A stretch of DNA of 64,000 bases from Sphaerodactylus townsendi (lineage: Eukaryota). The notes under the pieces are model-generated. The model was not told where the DNA came from. It saw nothing but the letters and a program-made list of their open reading frames with translations, and did not search any database. The stretch spans positions 5,890,001 to 5,954,000 of the forward strand of contig NC_059438.1 in assembly GCF_021028975.2 (NCBI RefSeq). The letters run 5' to 3'. Positions 24,901-36,313 of this stretch are shown one piece after another. A program made the translations under genes and the position numbers. The number at the start of each line of letters is the position of its first letter. Within the stretch, counting starts at the first letter, position 1.

Positions 24901-26246
24901 ACGTTTTCCAGTGGTTTACACTCATGAAAAATTCTGCCAGCCATCTCCGCAACTGCCCAGATTGCACACTGTGGGGAGGACTGCAGCTGCTTGCCTGGGC
25001 AAGAAATGCATTTTGTTAACTAGCAAGTAATGTACATACACCCTTGACTAGTAGGTAAGACCTCTTTGTAGTTTCAAAAACATATTCAGCACTCTGATAT
25101 TTTGAGTATAGAAGACTTAATGGGATATCTACAAGAGTATGACAAGTACACATTTGTAGATTTGTTGGAGATTAAGAGCAATTTGCAAAACCATTAGGAG
25201 AATAAAACTACTTGTAGATTTCAAATCTAAGTGGGCTCTGTGAATCTCAGATTTAAAGTTACACTGGAATATCAGAAATGCCATCACCTCCCCACAACTC
25301 CAAATGCATCAGGTAAGATGTAAGATAACTACAGCAGGTGACGCTGAGGAAATCTTGACTCAGATACTGAGGAACACTGTCACTGTGCATACAAACAAAG
25401 CATCTTCTGGAAGCTATGTTATCAATCTGAGCTACTTAATTTGGCATGAAGGAGAACAGTCACAGCTACCTTAAACTGAACAAGTACAATCAACACAAAG
25501 AAAAAATAACAGCCAAATACTAGTTCTGTTTACTTACATTCTTACATACTCATCAAACATAAAAGGAATTGTTACAACAAAATTATGGCACCCAGACATG
25601 ACCATATTCAACTGCTTTGCAGTGTTAGAGAGGCTAGATGATTACTTCAGATACCTTTCTTGGTTCTGTTCTATCAAAGTGCTTGGGCCAAGCCTGTACA
25701 ACCTGTGACCAATCAAACTACAGCCTGCCAGGACTCCCCAGTCTTTGCACCAGACGGGAACTTTTAGTGGGCTGTTACACGTTGCTTGTGGGCTATACCT
25801 AGCTTGATGAGTCTAGTTGTGCAGTTTTGGGAAGGCAAGGCCCAAGTCTTTATTTATTTTATTTATTTTTTATTTATTTTCGATTTATTATACCGCCCCA
25901 TCCCCGTAGGGCTCTGAGTACGATTTGGCCATCAAAGAGAACTTGGCAATATCTCTGACTACTTTGTTTTCCCAGATTGGCGGGAAAGACTGGCTACATT
26001 TCTGGCCTTGCAATAGCTCCTACCAACTGTTCAAATCAATGAGGAGAACGCAGTTCACACTTATCTAATCTAGGGCATAGGAAGTACTGATACAGCAGGT
26101 ATCCGATCCCCCAGATAAGAGCTGTGAGGGTCTCCCTTTAAGGACATGAAGGTTTTACTATATCAAGGGGCCTCATCCAGCCATTGTACTTTATCAAGGC
26201 TTGCTGCAGAGAGCTCAACCGAAATCAAGTGTTCAAGGGTCTACAT

Positions 26247-26382
26247 CCGTGGTGGCGAACCTTTGGCACTCCAGATGTTATGCACTACAATTCCCATCAG
26301 CCCCTGCCAGCATGGCCAATTGTAGGGGCTGATGGGAATTGTAGTCCATAACATCTGGAGTGCCAAAGGTTCGCCACCACTG
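26247..26382. mobile_element. Palindromic hAT MITE
   Basis: Near-perfect hairpin; TIRs ccgtggtggcgaacctttggc / gccaaaggttcgccaccactg; 8-bp TSD gtctacat. Confidence 0.9.
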
Positions 26383-26583
26383 GTCTACATGTTACAAGAG
26401 GAGTGAATGGAAATTTTAAGTTTTTCATAAAAACAGATTCAGTCCTTTCTTCACAAAATAGCACCTATACGATTAACAAATACCCAGTCTGGTTTACAGT
26501 AGACCTTCAGTATTTTCTTTCATAATACAAAGAGCTCCAAACAAATCAATAAACAGCTCAGCATGAAAATTACAATAAAACAG

Positions 26584-27690
26584 TCAGGTCAGCCTAGAAG
26601 GCAAGGCAGTTATTGCAACATGGCTGACCGTTAAGGAAGGGAACAGTCCAGAAAGCAGTGGGATCTCCTGTGTTTTTGGCTCATTTCCTGGTTTGGGTCC
26701 AGTGTGACTCCTGCTTCGGGCGCAAGGATCCCAATTCTCATCGGCTTTGCTGTCACGAGCTCCTTTAGTATGCAGAAAATGCACACCGGAGAGATGACTC
26801 TTTCTTCTCAATGCAACTGAATTAGACATGGCTGAATTTTTTCTCTCGGGTACAAGAGTACAGCGCCAGTAGCACTGGTCCGTGGTTCCTGAGATGCATG
26901 AAGTCTTGGGACACTGTGGGGCAAAAGAGGCTCTCTTGTGGATTTTTACCGACTCCTTGAATGCATCACCTGTTGGAGGTATTCCTTTCTCATGTTTGGA
27001 TTCTTTGGTTTTGAAAATCTGAGTGCGATAAATTGTCTCTGAAAGAGCTCGAGTTGCTTTTTCATACGCCTGGAAAATAACGGGCTTACTTTTCTTTGAC
27101 GAAGGGTCCAGGCTGCATTTGAAAACTGTGTCCTTCAGAGGAGGCAAGAGCAGTGACGATTTAACAGCAGTCGCTTCAGAGTCTCCCAGATGACCTATCG
27201 TAGGCTCGTGGCTCTTTGTATCTTTGCATCTCAAGGTTTCTACACTTTTTGGCTTTCCAAGAGGCAATATGCTGTACTCTCTTATTGGCACCGCTTTCTT
27301 TTCTGCTTGGAGTAGCTGACTCTCCTTCATTAGAAAAGTCTTCTTTTCGCTTAAAGAAACTTGAGCTTCCTTAAAGGACAATCTTTTCTTTTCCCCTTGG
27401 GATGTCTGGGTTGAATATAATTTACTACTACAGTTGTCTTTTTTTGAATCGTCAACCACAGGGTAAGTACTCAGAGCTGTATTAGAATAGAGCACAGTTT
27501 GTTTCTCTGGAACGCTGCTTGTGGTGACCTCTGAACTTAACTTGGAGTCTTGCTCCAAACCTTTGTCAATAACTTGCATCAGATCTAAGCAATACAGGCA
27601 GCCATGGACAGACTCACTTGTCCTTGTTTTTCTAGCTCTTTTTTGTAACTGAAGATAAGCAAATGGGGCTGTTTTGTTCCAGCCTTGCAC
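26584..27690 (-). CDS. C16orf46: C16orf46 homolog (DUF4529), terminal coding exon
   Basis: Acceptor ttgctctcag|GTG, phase 0. VQGWNKTAPFA...CLYCLDL...EKKAVPIREY...LLLPPLK...LFPSLTVSHV match C16orf46 motifs. 368 aa here, 438 aa in total. Confidence 0.93.
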   Translation of the reverse strand: MQGWNKTAPFAYLQLQKRARKTRTSESVHGCLYCLDLMQVIDKGLEQDSKLSSEVTTSSVPEKQTVLYSNTALSTYPVVDDSKKDNCSSKLYSTQTSQGEKKRLSFKEAQVSLSEKKTFLMKESQLLQAEKKAVPIREYSILPLGKPKSVETLRCKDTKSHEPTIGHLGDSEATAVKSSLLLPPLKDTVFKCSLDPSSKKSKPVIFQAYEKATRALSETIYRTQIFKTKESKHEKGIPPTGDAFKESVKIHKRASFAPQCPKTSCISGTTDQCYWRCTLVPERKNSAMSNSVALRRKSHLSGVHFLHTKGARDSKADENWDPCARSRSHTGPKPGNEPKTQEIPLLSGLFPSLTVSHVAITALPSRLT

Positions 27691-27989
27691 CTGAGAGCAA
27701 ACAGACAGGAATGCAGATTAGAAACAGGGTAATGTTGATGCTTTAAAAAAACAAATACACTTGGGGTTGCCAGCCATAAAGCAATGAAACTTACCAGCAA
27801 CCCCTTTAATAAACTTTAGGCCAGTTTTGCTATAAAACATCTACAGGAAAAGTAGTAGTCAAACTAGCCTCTCGTTAAAGTTATCATTTTCTGTTCAAAA
27901 CAACGCAGCTGAAGCAATTCTTAGCTCTGACGGCATATCCCATTTATCACAGAATTCTGATGGTGTTGTTCAGCAAACCTTAAATCCAC

Positions 27990-28713
27990 AACACGGTGGA
28001 AACAGAGCAGCCTCTACTGACTTAAAACAGTGAACTTCTCTTTCAGGCAAAGCAGCCAGTGTAATGTGAGGGCTGAACTTCAGTGTTCAATAAGATGACC
28101 AACAAATGCCAGTGTCGTCTAAATATTCCTGGAGCTGTTGAAGCTTTCTTTGCTGTTTAAAAGAAAAGACCGTTTCAATCAGGACAGAATTAGTTTGGCG
28201 GAGCACGACTGCCACAATGGCATAAAAACCTGGTCGCTTTCTTATCTACAGGCCCCTTTTCCATCTTGCTGTTACTTCACGACGCGCACAGATCGACCAA
28301 AGAACAGCCTCTTGCTTAACAGCGTGATCTGTTTTTTGTAGAGTTGACTGACAACTTCGTCAAAGAGTTTTCCCCCAACACCACCAGAAGTGTTGGCCTC
28401 TCTAAACTCTAGTTGAATCAACTACAGAATCAACAAAGCACAAGTGTCTTGGGACACCCAAAAACTTCCAAGCCTCTTAATTTTAACAGGGAACTGCTGT
28501 TCATTGCTGCAAAGATTTCAAAGCATCCGGTAGATCTCTTTAGGGACCTCTGAGCAATTGCTAACTCCTCTGTACTTTTCCTTATAGGTCTTAATTGGGC
28601 TATGCGGCTAATGCCTCATCTGCACTCTTTCCTCAGGCTAAACATGGGCAACTGTTTTCCAGCTGCTCTGCTAATGCATGATACAGGGGCTGCAATGGAC
28701 CAACCTATAGCTG
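27990..28713 (-). pseudogene. Possible decayed third copy of the C16orf46 terminal exon
   Basis: cag|ct ATA GGT TGG TCC ATT GCA GCC CCT GTA TCA TGC ATT reads IGWSIAAPVSCI, the GWxxxxPxxCI pattern. About 510 nt on is LILS*LK (cf. LLLPPLK), then LHW..LPER (cf. CYWRCTLVPER). Contains stops and frameshifts. Confidence 0.4.
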
Positions 28714-30361
28714 GCCAGTAGGATGCATAGCTTCCCTGTTGCCCCTTCCTTATTAATGGGAATTATAGTACGATCTTATTCTTTTAAGGTTCCGTTTATT
28801 TAATTTTCAGCTTATGAGCTCTGCTAGATACATAAGCTGCCTTTGTGTTGACATATTTGGATAAGCACAGTTAGAGTACATTCCATGAAATCTGTGTGTC
28901 TTAACTATTGGGTAAATAAAAACAATGACGGCTACATGAAAGAATCAGTTAAAGCAACTGAGCTGTTCAGTTCATGTATTCATTCAGTTCACAAAAAGAG
29001 CCAACATGGTGTAGCGGTTAAGAGTAGCAGACTCTAATCTGGAGAACTGAACTGTAAGTGACCTCAGGCCAGTCACAGTTCTCAGAACTCTCTCAGCCCA
29101 CCCACAGGCAGGCAATCGCAAACCACCTCCCAATGTCTCTTGCCTTGAAAACCCTGCTAGGTCACCGTTAAGTCAGATGTGACTTGACAGCACTTTCCCC
29201 AACAAAACACAACTGACGTCTGAACATGAGTTTTAAACAGAATAGCCTATGTAACTGCATATTGAAATGTCATCATATGTTATGGGAAATCCCAGGCATT
29301 TCAAGTTTTAAAGCAGTTTTATATTTCAACAGAGAACCAGCATGCTGCAGTGGTTAAAGTGTCAAGTCAGGATTTGGGAGAACTAAGTTTGAATCCCCAC
29401 TCTGCTATGAATCTTGCTGAGTGACCTTGGGGCAGTCATACACACTCAACTTTAACCCTGGCAAGGATTTGGATTGGAGACCTCTAAGGGATACCATGGT
29501 TGTGTCCCAGAGGCAGGAAACAGCAAACGACCTGTGAACTTCTCTTATCTTGAAAACCCTACTGGGTTGCCATAAGTGAGGAGTCACTTGATGGAAATTT
29601 AAAAAAATCCAACAATTGTTGCTCCAGCTAAAGAAAATTGATTCACACACTTAAACCAACTTCGATCTACATTTCAAGAGCAGCTGTAAACAGGATGCAT
29701 CTGTGAGATCTGCACATTGAAATGCAGATGCTGTCTGTCTGCATTCCCTTGGTTGCAATAAAATGCATTTTTGATGTGCATTCTGCGAAGCCCATAATCA
29801 TAATTTTATATGCACTTAAAAGGAGATTGGGGTGCCTGCCAGTAATGTGTGTTATATTAACTACCTTGAAACTGCTAGAAGTATGAATCTATTAAAAATA
29901 TCTGAAAGAACTTTATTTCTTTTCTTGCTTAAAGGTTAATGGCCTTATCCAAAGAAGGAGCGGCGCGTGGCTGTGCCAGCAGATTTGCCTTCCTTGGGGC
30001 ACTTGCCCCAGGGGAGAAGCAAGTCAACAACAACAGTGGAGAGGCGAATCCTCCGGCGTTCAGCCACCGTCCGCGGCCCTCCCCGGTGCAGGGACACAGC
30101 ACCAGATGCAGTGCCAGCATCGCAACACTGCCACCATAGTGGCAACAGCCACTGAAAAGGTGGCGTAAGTCTCTTGAGTCCCATGGGGGCCTCTCAGCGG
30201 TGAGGAGGCTTTCCTGCTTTGTTGGCCTCCTCACATCACCAGGAAGCCTCTATGGGAGGGGTGGGGTGGGGCGGCTGCCATGCCAGTCATCCATCTGGCC
30301 ACTTGGATAGGGCTGTCCAGGTAGCCAGAGTGCATAGGACTTGCTTACAAAGAACATTATC

Positions 30362-30495
30362 GAATCATAGAGTTGGAAGAGACCCCAAGGACCATCAAGG
30401 CCAACCCCCTGCAATTCAGGAACACACAATCAAAGCACTCCTGACAGATGACCATCCAGCCTCTCTTTAAGAAACCTCCAAAAGAGGAGACTATA
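30362..30495 (-). mobile_element. CR1 3' end fragment
   Basis: Reverse complement ends ...ggtctcttccaactctatgattc, the typical CR1 3' terminus. Confidence 0.8.
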
Positions 30496-30565
30496 TTGTA
30501 AAGAAGAAGCAGACTATATTGTAGTAATTGTTCTCGTTTTGTTCATGAGTCTAATTAATTAATTA

Positions 30566-30566
<1 letters not shown>

Positions 30567-30600
<34 letters not shown>

Positions 30601-31047
30601 AATTTATAGGCTGCCTCATCCCCGAAGGGCTCGAGACGGCTCACAATATGGCTGTTCTACTGAACAGCAATCAACAGTATAAAATCAACAACATAAAACA
30701 CTAAACCCATTAAAACCTATGCAGCGATTACAAACAGCAAAAAGCTATAAAAGACAACCAAGGTTCTTATAAAACAGAAGTTGTTTAAAAACAGGCGCCC
30801 GATCTGAGGCTAAAAAGAAAGGGAGGGAGTAGGCTGGGCCCACGACGGAATCCAAAAACAGGCCCAATTGTAATAAAAGATGGAACCTAGCAGCCTCAGT
30901 TTCAGTGGGGGGCAGCAGAACCACGGCTGGCCCCTCCAAAAGCCCGGTGGAATAACTCCGTCTTGCAGGCCCTGCGGAACTCCCCAAGGTCCCGCAGGGC
31001 CTGGACAGCTGGAGGTAGAGCATTCCACCAGGCAGGGGCCAGAGCTG
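30567..31047 (-). mobile_element. L2-like LINE 3' fragment with (AATC)n tail
   Basis: Minus strand reads cagctctggcccctgcctggtggaatgctctacctcc...ttccgcagggcctgcaagacggagttattcc, then the attgtgagccg tail and a microsatellite. Confidence 0.7.
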
Positions 31048-31068
31048 TAGCATACAATTCTTACTCAC

Positions 31069-31278
31069 TGCTTCCTCCCATCCTGTTCCATTAACAGACT
31101 CCAAGGACTTTTCTTCTTGCTCAGTTGAACTTTTACTGATGTTCAAAAGAATGTGGATCTGATTTCTCTCCCTTCTCTCATCCGGATAAGTGCAGCGCCA
31201 GTCTCTTTCCACAGTTTTCCCATTTGCAGTAGCTCTTTCAGAGTTGATTTCACTTTGATCCTGGCCAGTGGAAGTCAT
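31069..31278 (-). CDS. C16orf46: C16orf46 homolog (DUF4529), first coding exon
   Basis: Encodes 70 aa MTSTGQ...CTYPDERRERNQIHILLNISKSSTEQEEKSLESVNGTGWEEA, matching the recalled mammalian YTCPDGKSEKNHVYCLLDVS...EQDEK...GTGWEEA. Donor GCA|gtgagtaag; upstream acceptor tttataaatacag| at 31317. Confidence 0.92.
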
Positions 31279-31403
31279 TACAGTTGCTGTCTCTGCAGGT
31301 TGCAAACGTTCTTCTGCCTGTATTTATAAAGGAGATGGAGTTTAAAATACTGGTAGTGCCTTCAGAAAATGTGCCTTATATTACCATAAGATGTATGGGA
31401 CTT

Positions 31404-31670
31404 CTACTGACTATTGCTGGCTGCTGTGGGTTTTCTAGGCTGTGTGGCCGTGGTCTGATAGTCCTAATGTTTTGCTAGCATCTATGGCTGGTATCTTCAT
31501 AGGCATGTCACAGTGAGACATGTTTCTCTCTGTCCAGACACATCTCACTGTGACATACCTCTGAAGATGCCAGCCATAGGTGTGGGCAAAACATTAGGAG
31601 CAAAACCTACCAGGAACTCAGCCAAACAGTTCAGGAAATCTGTTGATTTCAGCCATGAACGTCTTCAACA
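31404..31670. mobile_element. Penelope-like derived palindromic element
   Basis: Inverted arms ctatggctggtatcttca...tgaagatgccagccatag; same family as 32440-32705. Confidence 0.6.
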
Positions 31671-32439
31671 ATATCTTTTGTTGCTTCCAGAAGTAAAAAC
31701 CTTCAACACTTTATTTTGTTGGTTTATTAGTCTGTAAAGCCTGCTGCTTTTTAAGCCATACCAAATAACTTTGCTATCAGCAATTCTTATGAATCCTGTT
31801 CCACCTAATAAATAGTCCTATATCCCAACAGAAATTGTTCTAGTGCATACTTTCCCCTAATTTATGCTGTCCTCTCAAAATTATGTAGTGGTGCACACCA
31901 TTACTTACATGATCAGAGACACTAGTCATTCAAAATTCATACATCCCAAACAAGCTATCTCAAAGTGAACATCCACATTCCCAATTTTCTCCTCTGTTAG
32001 GAGGAAGCATTCGAGTGTTTTAAAAAACCAAAGTTTCCTGTTTAATTTTCAAACATTTTACAGTTCTTTTCAAATGCTGACTTAAACTTCACCTGCCTCA
32101 GATTCCAACCTTCTTCCTCCATTACTATTCTGAACTGTTCCAACTCTGTGTAACTCTGTGCATGGTCAAAGGCTCCCTTATCTTCTAAAAAACTAAACTT
32201 GCCCCTTTTCCAAACATGATCTTGACACAGAAAATCTGCCCCCCTTCTTCATTTTCAAAAAGATTTATAACATCTAGCCTAATGAGGAGTTCCAAGGAGC
32301 TGAAAGGGTTGCACAGCATTTTGTGTAATTTTGATTAGACTCTGTAAAAGGTACTACATAGATTGTTTGGTTTTTTTCTTTCACCGCCCTCCAAACCCTG
32401 GACAATTCTTCCATTTCAACCTTTCTTTGCATTATCGGA

Positions 32440-32705
32440 GGCTTTCACGGCCGGAATAAACTGGCTGTGGTTTTTCCGGGCTGTGTGGCCATGGTCTGAT
32501 AGTTTTTGCTCCTGATGTTTCGCCGGCATCTATGGCTGGCATCTTCAGAGGCATGGTGGGATGTGCCACAGAGAGAAACACATGTCACTATGAAATACCT
32601 CTGATGAAATACCTCTGATGCCAGTCACAGATGTGGGTGAAACATTAGGAGCAAAAACTACTAACTAGACCATGGCCACACAGCCCAGAAAGCCCCCAAC
32701 AACCA
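32440..32705. mobile_element. Penelope-like derived palindromic element
   Basis: gggctgtgtggccatggtct...tttttgctcctgatgtttc arm and its inverted copy gaaacattaggagcaaaaa...agaccatggccacacagccc. Confidence 0.6.
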
Positions 32706-32706
32706 C

Positions 32707-32748
32707 TGTATGTATGTATGTATGTATGTATGTATGTATGTATGTATG

Positions 32749-32778
<30 letters not shown>
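32707..32778. repeat. (TATG)n microsatellite
   Basis: About 17 perfect TATG units; explains the MYVC-repeat ORF. Confidence 0.97.
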
Positions 32779-32779
<1 letters not shown>

Positions 32780-33019
32780 TCCCTTCCTTCACTGCCCACC
32801 TTCCCTCATTTCTCTCTGGGTTCAGAAAGCAAGCATTTTGGTTCCTCCTACCTGCTTGGAAATCTTCCCCTCCGCCTCCAGCTCTTAAACACCTGGCAAC
32901 CCCATTGTCAATATTATTCCCATTTCCATTTGCAGTCTGCCTTTCTCACTGGGACCTAAGAGGGATCACAAGAGCAGTGCCCACTATAGCCCTCGTCCCC
33001 CATGCCCAAGCTGCCCTCC

Positions 33020-33440
33020 ACAGACTCACCCCATATCACTGTATCCCCTCTTTCAGATACGTCCCTGGTGGGGGTCTCCCCTTCACCCCAAACTTCACCA
33101 CCCGCCTCCTTCACCTGTCAGTCTCCGGGCGAGGGTGGGAGGCAGCAGGGGGCGGAGCAAACGACGAGGGAGGCGCAGACGGGCGTTGCGGGGCGCTGCT
33201 CTGGGAGATGGAGCCGCTGCGGATGCGCTCATAGTGCGCAGCCGCTCCCCCTCCTCTGACGTCACCCTGCCCGTCTGCACGCCCGCCGGCTTCAAAACCG
33301 TTGCCATGGGTTACGGGGGTGGTTTGGAAGGGAAGAAGTCCAGAGGATGGGGCGTGCGGTGGGGGCGGGGCTGAGGGCGGTTGAGGGGGCGACCGGGGGA
33401 GGAGTCTGAGGGGAAATAAGATACGTTCAGAAGGGAGGCT
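33020..33440 (-). promoter_or_regulatory. C16orf46 CpG-island promoter and probable non-coding first exon
   Basis: CpG-rich. Full CRE TGACGTCA 33257-33264, RFX X-box GTAACCCATGGCAAC (- strand) 33300-33314, GC boxes. Minus-strand donors g|gtgagt near 33029 and cag|gtgaag near 33114. Confidence 0.7.
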
Positions 33441-35288
33441 GAGGGACCAAAAGGGCATGGGAACTTCCTGTGCAGCTCAACTCGTTTTTAAATAATTTAA
33501 GACTTCATATATTTTATCCTAAAAGCTTGCCGAGTAATACATTTTTTTTAATTAGAGGACCAACCAAGTTGGCACAAAGCACCGTATAAGCTTTCGAGCT
33601 TGTCATCCCCCCCCTGGTTTGCTCCCAAATAAGTGTCTGTTTAAGAGCTGCAACAAATGACAAAACCCAACTTTGTTCCACTTTTAACCATAGCGGTCAA
33701 TTAGTGGATAAGATACACATATCTTGGGGTATGAGGCATCCCCATGTCACAGCTGGCGAACCTCTGTGCACCTGTAACCCCTGTGTCAGAATGGGATGAC
33801 CCAGAAAGGGGTGGAGTCTGAAATGAAGTAGAATGCTGCAGAACTCATGAGGTTGGAGGAAGCGAGACTACCAGGCTGGGACCTTGATTGATTTTATTAA
33901 GCCCTTAACACCTTGTCTAAGGTAACTGCAATGTTGTGGGGAACTAGTGGGAAGGGAGTTTATTTTTTTTGCTATATTGTAAATGTTAGAATTTATTGTT
34001 TCAGGGTTTTTGTGTGTGTAAATGGTGAGAGTTTTCTGGGAACCTTCATCATCTTGAAGCCCATTCACCAAGCCTCAGAAGTCTTCAAAACCAACCACCA
34101 GCAAAGAAGAATTGGACTTGGCAATATCAGTAGACTGTAAATAAGGACTTGAAAATGCAAACTTAACAGGACTGCAAAGTGTAAATGTTAAATGTTTTAA
34201 AAGTGTTATTTGTTAAGTAAAGTAAACTGTTTTGTTTAAATTTGGTTCTTTGCAACTCCTTCCAAGTACTGCCCCACAGAACCCACAAGCTGAGGTTACA
34301 CACCACTGAAATCCAACGGGCTTTGCAAAATCCCATGGAATTTCTTAAACGTTTTTTCTCACTTCCTAGATCAACAAGAATTTCCATGGACAGCTTCTGG
34401 ATGTCCAGAAGCAGCATTCTTGCACTTATGAATCCACCCTAGTTATTGTTAACTCGTTCTGTAAAAGTACAGGAGATGTACACATTAGAAGATACAAATA
34501 ATACAATAATCTATCACTACTGCCAATCAATCTGACTGACATGGAGGAATGGGAGGAGGAAATGGAAATAACTAGTCAGATAATTTTAATTATTCAGTGT
34601 AGAGATGAATGTAGTAATGTGTTGTAGCATGGATGTAGTAATGTGTTGATAGAGGAACCAGCAGTTTAATCAGCTCTTGCATCTATCATTCATGTGATGG
34701 TTCTAGCTTACTGTGGCAATTTCCTTCTTGAGAAAAAGAAATCAAGACAATTGCAAAATATGGTCTGTAATAAGATTTTTACTTGTTATATATACAGCTT
34801 TCAAAATATAAACCAACCATAACATTATGAACAGATGGAACGCCTACAGAAATCAATCAAAAAGCCAACACAGCTTGGATATCAATAACTAAACTAACAT
34901 ATCTGCATTAACAGTAAAAAAATGAGGTAATATGATGGAGAAATTTTCACAAAGATGTCACTGTTCTATAACTGCTGTGCCATCACTGAGAAGTCCTGTC
35001 CCAAGACTTAGAAGTTGCAAATAATCTGGCAGATTCTGAAATTTAGAATGTACAGGGTTTAATGCAATCATTGCCTTCCACAATATGAGAAATCAACTGG
35101 AGGTAGATTTCCACTACTGGATGAAGACTCCTTCCTCCAGTGCTGAATTCTTTCTTAGCAGAAGAGAACCACTGGATCCCCACCTTTACAACTGTGTCCT
35201 TGTAATTATTCTGTGGCTTTAAAATTTCCTGGCTAAGGAAGGTGAGCTTTGAGTTAACAAATTCTCAGGTCAGATCTCAGATAGATAA

Positions 35289-36313
35289 TCTATATATATA
35301 AAAAGCTAACAGTGTTTTTGTTAGTGGTAGTATAACTCAGTAACTGCTGGGCCAATTCCTCTGAAAATTCCCAGCCACTATAGTCAGCCAGGTGAGAGTG
35401 TTTTTAGATGTTCACATACCTGAAATTTCACACCTGGACCAGGTAAAACACTTTTTCCTGGTGCTCCATGGTGAAGGACATGCAGCTGCCTGTGTGTAAC
35501 TGTCACCCTTAGAATGTTTGTGCTGCTTAGAATGTTCACTCAGATGACCAGATATGAGCAGTGCAGACAGTACATAGGCAGTAACTCAAGTGGAAGTGAA
35601 ACACATACAAACACATACACACGAGGGAGAGGGAAGGGAGGGAGGGAGAGGGAGAGGTGGCATGCAAGGGAAGAGAGGGAGGGAGAGGAAAGGGACGGAG
35701 GGGGAGGCATGCAAGGGAAGAGAAGTGAGAGAAGGGAGACAGTGAGGGGTGGCATGCAAGGGAGGTGAGGCAGGGTGCCCAGCATCTTGATATGACCCAC
35801 CCACCCTAGCGGAGGGAAAGGGAAGGGGGGGAGGGGGAGGGGTGGCATGCAAGGGAAGAGAAGTGAGGGAAGGAAGAGAGTGAGGGGCGACATGCAAGGG
35901 ACGGGAGGGAGGGGCCAGGCACCCTAGATTCCCTGAATACTGCGGTTACAGTTAAGAAAACCAGGCATGCATTACTCAGGAGTAAGCTTGGTACAGCAAC
36001 CATTACATACTTTGAATGGCTGTGTCGCGTCCCCAGAGGGTTTCCTCAGAAGCAACACCCATTGCCACCAACCAAACTTACTCCCAGGTAAGGGATCATG
36101 ACCAGCCAGCCTACATGTGTGGGAGGGGTACCTTTCCATTCCCCCCCCCCCCCCCCCAAGGAATGTGGGCAAACACATCAATGACATTGCACAGTATCAG
36201 GCTGCGTGTTTGCATGAGCACGTACTGCTGGTCTCTGCAATTGATTTGCTGCTACTGTTCCTTTCCCATTTCACCACAATAAGCCACAGCAATGCGTGGC
36301 CGGGCCCCGCTAG
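35289..36313 (+). mobile_element. Non-autonomous Helitron
   Basis: 5' A|TCTATATATATAAAAAGC. 3' hairpin gccacagcaatgcgtggc followed by CTAG|T. No TSD. Internal purine-rich ggcatgcaaggga repeats. Confidence 0.8.

Noticed and set aside
30745-31068. C-terminal extension of the 186-aa ORF past GWEEA
   Set aside because: Read-through past a consensus donor into an L2-like fragment; not C16orf46 sequence.
32710-33234. 174-aa ORF starting MYVCMYVC
   Set aside because: Translation of a (TATG)n microsatellite.
33913-34442. Short ORFs as possible GCSH or other exons
   Set aside because: No similarity to GCSH or any protein I recognise.
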